From: Saprospiraceae bacterium
GTDB lineage: Bacteria > Bacteroidota > Bacteroidia > Chitinophagales > Saprospiraceae
Direction: 5' to 3'
Assembly: GCA_016710585.1 (NCBI GenBank)
Contig: JADJVN010000002.1
Span: 87,791-151,790, forward strand
Length of the DNA stretch: 64,000 bases
Below the pieces are notes generated by a model that saw only the letters and a list, made by a program, of their open reading frames with translations, had not been told where the DNA came from and searched no databases. Positions 60,889 to 64,000 of this stretch are shown piece after piece. Position 1 is the stretch's first letter. Each line of letters opens with the position of its first letter. The translations under genes and the position numbers were made by a program.

Positions 60889-62373
60889 TTGATTGGATTT
60901 CGATTAATTTATATTTCTTTTTTTTGTTTTTTATTAAACAGTATAGCTGCACAAAAGCAGGATTATATAGCATTTGATGATAAGGTCAGTTATTGTTATC
61001 AGCAAATTATCGAACTCGATTTTCTAGAAGCTAAGAAGACTCTAAGTGGGCTGTCCATTCCTAGGAAGAATAAGATACGGATATTACTTGAGAATTACAA
61101 TGATTTTTTTAAACTCTTTATTCATGAGAATAGAAGTTATTATGACAAAGTAAAGCCGCAGAAAAATATTCGATTGGAGCAGATTCAAAATTCTACTTTA
61201 ACTCAAGAATGGAAGAATTATCTACAAGCAGAAATACATCTGCAATGGGCTCTCGTCCACCTCAAAATGGAAGATAATTTTCTAGCTTTCCAATCCATCC
61301 GACAAGCACTTTCACTTTTGGAATCGAATCAAAAAGAGTATCCAGAATTTAAATACACATACAAGTCACTAGGCATACTACATGCATTGGTCTCCACCAT
61401 TCCAGAGGGATTCACCTGGGCTGCTAAAATTATTGGATTGAGAGGAACCTTACAAGAAGGAATAAAAGAACTGGACCTTTTTCTACAGTTTGCAGAATCT
61501 GAGAATCCACTTTTTATACAAGAGGCCATTGCAGCTAAGTCTTTTCTTATGGCATATTTGGAGAATAAACCCAATGAAGCATATCAATATTTGAGCAATA
61601 AAATTGTAGTTCTAGATCCCAATCCATTGATGACATTTATCCATTCGCGCATCGCGATGAAAGCGGGATATAATGATGCTACGATCAATATTATATCTTC
61701 ATTGCCACCATCCTCAAGACAAAAATTGCCCTTTCTAAGTTATTTGCACGGCGTAGCCGCACTTCAAAAACTTGATCTCAAAGCAGAGCAATATTTTCTG
61801 CAATATTTAAAAGATTTTAAAGGCAATTCTTATATCAAAGAAGCTTACCAAAAATTATCTTGGTGTGCTTTAATGAATAAGCAGAATTTAAATTATGAGA
61901 GATATAAACAGCTTTGTTTAACTAAAGGTAACACACTGACAGATGAAGATCAACAAGCCTTAAAAGAAGCCCAGAAGAATGAACTTCCCAATCTGTTTTT
62001 GCTTAAAGCAAGATTGCTTAGTGATGGCAATTATCCTAAGGAGGCAGAGCGATTATTATTAGAGAATGAAAAAGTCATCCTAGCTGAAAGCACATACCGA
62101 TTAGAATATTACTATAGACTAGGACGAGTATATCAATTATTAAAAGTAAAGGACAAAGCTAAACTGAATTTCAATTTGGTCGTAGACCAGGACCTTACAC
62201 AAAAATCATTCATGTCTGCCAATGCATTGCTGCAATGCGGATATATCTATGAGTCAGAACAGAATCACTCTATGGCAAAGAAATATTTTAAATCAGTCCT
62301 AGAAAGAAATCCAGATCAATACAGTAGATCCTTACACCAGAAAGCCAAAGCAGGATTGGTGAGGATTAAATAG
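60889..62373 (+). CDS. Hypothetical TPR-like helical-repeat protein with signal peptide
   Basis: 494 aa. TTG start, with N-terminus MIGFRLIYISFFCFLLNSIAAQ. TPR-like segments occur near the C-terminus (NALLQCGYIYESEQNHSMAKKYFKSVLERNP). Confidence 0.55.
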   Translation: MIGFRLIYISFFCFLLNSIAAQKQDYIAFDDKVSYCYQQIIELDFLEAKKTLSGLSIPRKNKIRILLENYNDFFKLFIHENRSYYDKVKPQKNIRLEQIQNSTLTQEWKNYLQAEIHLQWALVHLKMEDNFLAFQSIRQALSLLESNQKEYPEFKYTYKSLGILHALVSTIPEGFTWAAKIIGLRGTLQEGIKELDLFLQFAESENPLFIQEAIAAKSFLMAYLENKPNEAYQYLSNKIVVLDPNPLMTFIHSRIAMKAGYNDATINIISSLPPSSRQKLPFLSYLHGVAALQKLDLKAEQYFLQYLKDFKGNSYIKEAYQKLSWCALMNKQNLNYERYKQLCLTKGNTLTDEDQQALKEAQKNELPNLFLLKARLLSDGNYPKEAERLLLENEKVILAESTYRLEYYYRLGRVYQLLKVKDKAKLNFNLVVDQDLTQKSFMSANALLQCGYIYESEQNHSMAKKYFKSVLERNPDQYSRSLHQKAKAGLVRIK

Positions 62374-62403
62374 TATTTTGATAAAATTTCTTTCTCTTTC
62401 AAG

Positions 62404-63992
62404 TTAATGCTGTATTTGAATTTTAATATTTTCTACACCATCATCTGTTAAAATCTTTAGCAGATAAACCCCATCCAAAAGTGCTTTTCCAGAAAATGAC
62501 ATTTTATTCGATGATTCTTTCTTGAACTTTATATGACTTCGTTTACCCTCCAGATTATATAATTCTATAGTCTTTATGTCATTGATATCTTCTTTGGAAG
62601 AGACTACAATATAATCCGAAGCTGGATTTGGATAAACCGAATATCCCACATCAACTTTCTTTATCTCTTGATTACTCACAAGTGAATCTGGTGCGAAGCG
62701 AGCTAAAAAAATATTGCTTGGATAGTATCCAGTACTTGAAGGGATCCCTTCATTGACTAAAGTGTGATTACCCAGACTAAATTCTTTGCTGTTATAATCT
62801 CCAGAAACAATAAGACTTCCATCATTCATTGTAACAAATGGTCCTGCTCCACCAAATCCTTTAGATCCATAGGAATAGGCAAATAAATTTTCACCTTCGG
62901 CATTAAATTGTAATAAGGCACAATCATTATTTCCATTAGTAGATAGAATTTTATTTCCTATTTTTAACGAATCTTTGATGTGATTAAAATGACACCAAAC
63001 ATTATCATTTTTATCAGTAGAAATAAATGGCCAAAAATAATCAACTCTTCCTGGATCCCAATTTACAGCCCAATTTTCTAATCCATTTTTATCGTATTTC
63101 AGTAAGAGGTGATTAAACCAGGTGCTAGAATCCTTTTTTATTAATGTATCATTCTTAAAGACAAAATAATTGTGACTAAAACTGGCACCTACATAAATAT
63201 TATCTTTACTATCCAAGGTGCAATATCAGCCCCTGAATATTTTCTTTTGACCGCTAATCAGTTTACCCAGATTGCTTTTCCTTCGGAGGTGAATTTATAA
63301 ACATAAACAAACTGATTTATGAAGTTTCATTAGAAGTTACTTGTCATCGTCAAATTGAACGCTTAGATCCATGTAGTCCACCCAGTTCTGACATTTGCTC
63401 CAATGATAATATTATATTCATGATCTATTATGGTTTTATAGTGATATACTGAAAACCAGTTTGTTTACTTGCATTAATCCAATTAATCTCACCATCTGAA
63501 TTAAATTTAACTAGAAATATACTGTTCTTTTTTGAAACTGGTGGCTTGATCATCAATTTTCCTCCAAAATCAACAGTATCAGCAGAAGTCGTTCCAGACA
63601 AAATAATATTATCCAAAGCATCTACCGCCAATGAACTAATATGAACATCCCAGCCTTTTGATTTTTATCTCCAAATTCTTTAATCCATAGTAAATTACAA
63701 TTGGAATCAAACTTTGCTAGTATTGATGATCCTGATGTAAATTGAGGAGTATATTTATAGTTTCGAAATTGTAATGGGTCTTTAAATAAAAAATCAGAGT
63801 AATAAATATTATTTTTAGAATCGACACCTATTTTTGTTAAATCTGAATTAGAATGTCTGTTACGCATTTACATTTACTTTTTTATTTAGAGATAGAATAA
63901 ATCCATTGAACATTATCCATTGCATCACGCATTTGACAGTCGCTTATAAAATACATTCTCATAATAATTGCCAGATAAAAATATATTTTCAT
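62404..63992 (-). pseudogene. Beta-propeller-like repeat protein with T9SS type A sorting domain, multiply disrupted in its N-terminal half
   Basis: The intact 3' part (62404-63216) ends VYPNPASDYIVVSS...GVYLLKI. Upstream fragments in all three frames still carry the repeat motif (D..NIY/NII..G...F..DG...W): ORFs 63428-63631 and 63622-63867 plus unlisted pieces. A signal-like start, MKIYFYLAIIM, is at 63992. 1589 nt is not a multiple of 3. Confidence 0.65.
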
Positions 63993-64000
63993 TTTTGTCA

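Overview
This window looks like ordinary chromosome from a low-GC (mid-30s % by eye) member of the Bacteroidota. The evidence is TAnnTTTG-type promoters, many T9SS C-terminal sorting domains, CarboxypepD_reg-type TonB-dependent receptors with a DUF4249 partner, and a 289-aa sigma-A. About 50 genes are present. Housekeeping genes are tsaC (partial), rplY, prs, aroA, mutS, rpoD, gap, rpsP, gyrB, glyQS, tsaE and murQ. They are interleaved with envelope and secreted-protein genes: 4 TonB-type receptors and 5 T9SS cargo proteins. I found no rRNA, tRNA, CRISPR array, transposase, integrase, phage genes or recognisable defence system, so I cannot support a discrete new multi-gene system. Three things stand out. 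(1) Nine genes carry frame-breaking lesions: three in-frame TAA stops, each followed by G and each on the minus strand, plus at least seven single-base frameshifts, mostly in short homopolymers. This is either real gene decay or assembly error, possibly both. (2) Two intergenic regions are unusually GC-rich and hairpin-dense. At 16191-16492, two tandem ~101-nt units keep their hairpins through compensatory base changes. At 19911-20582 there is a mosaic of short repeats. (3) Three enzymes have degenerate catalytic motifs: an EF-G paralog, a histidine kinase and a PolX. All product calls rest on motif recognition by eye; no database search was run.
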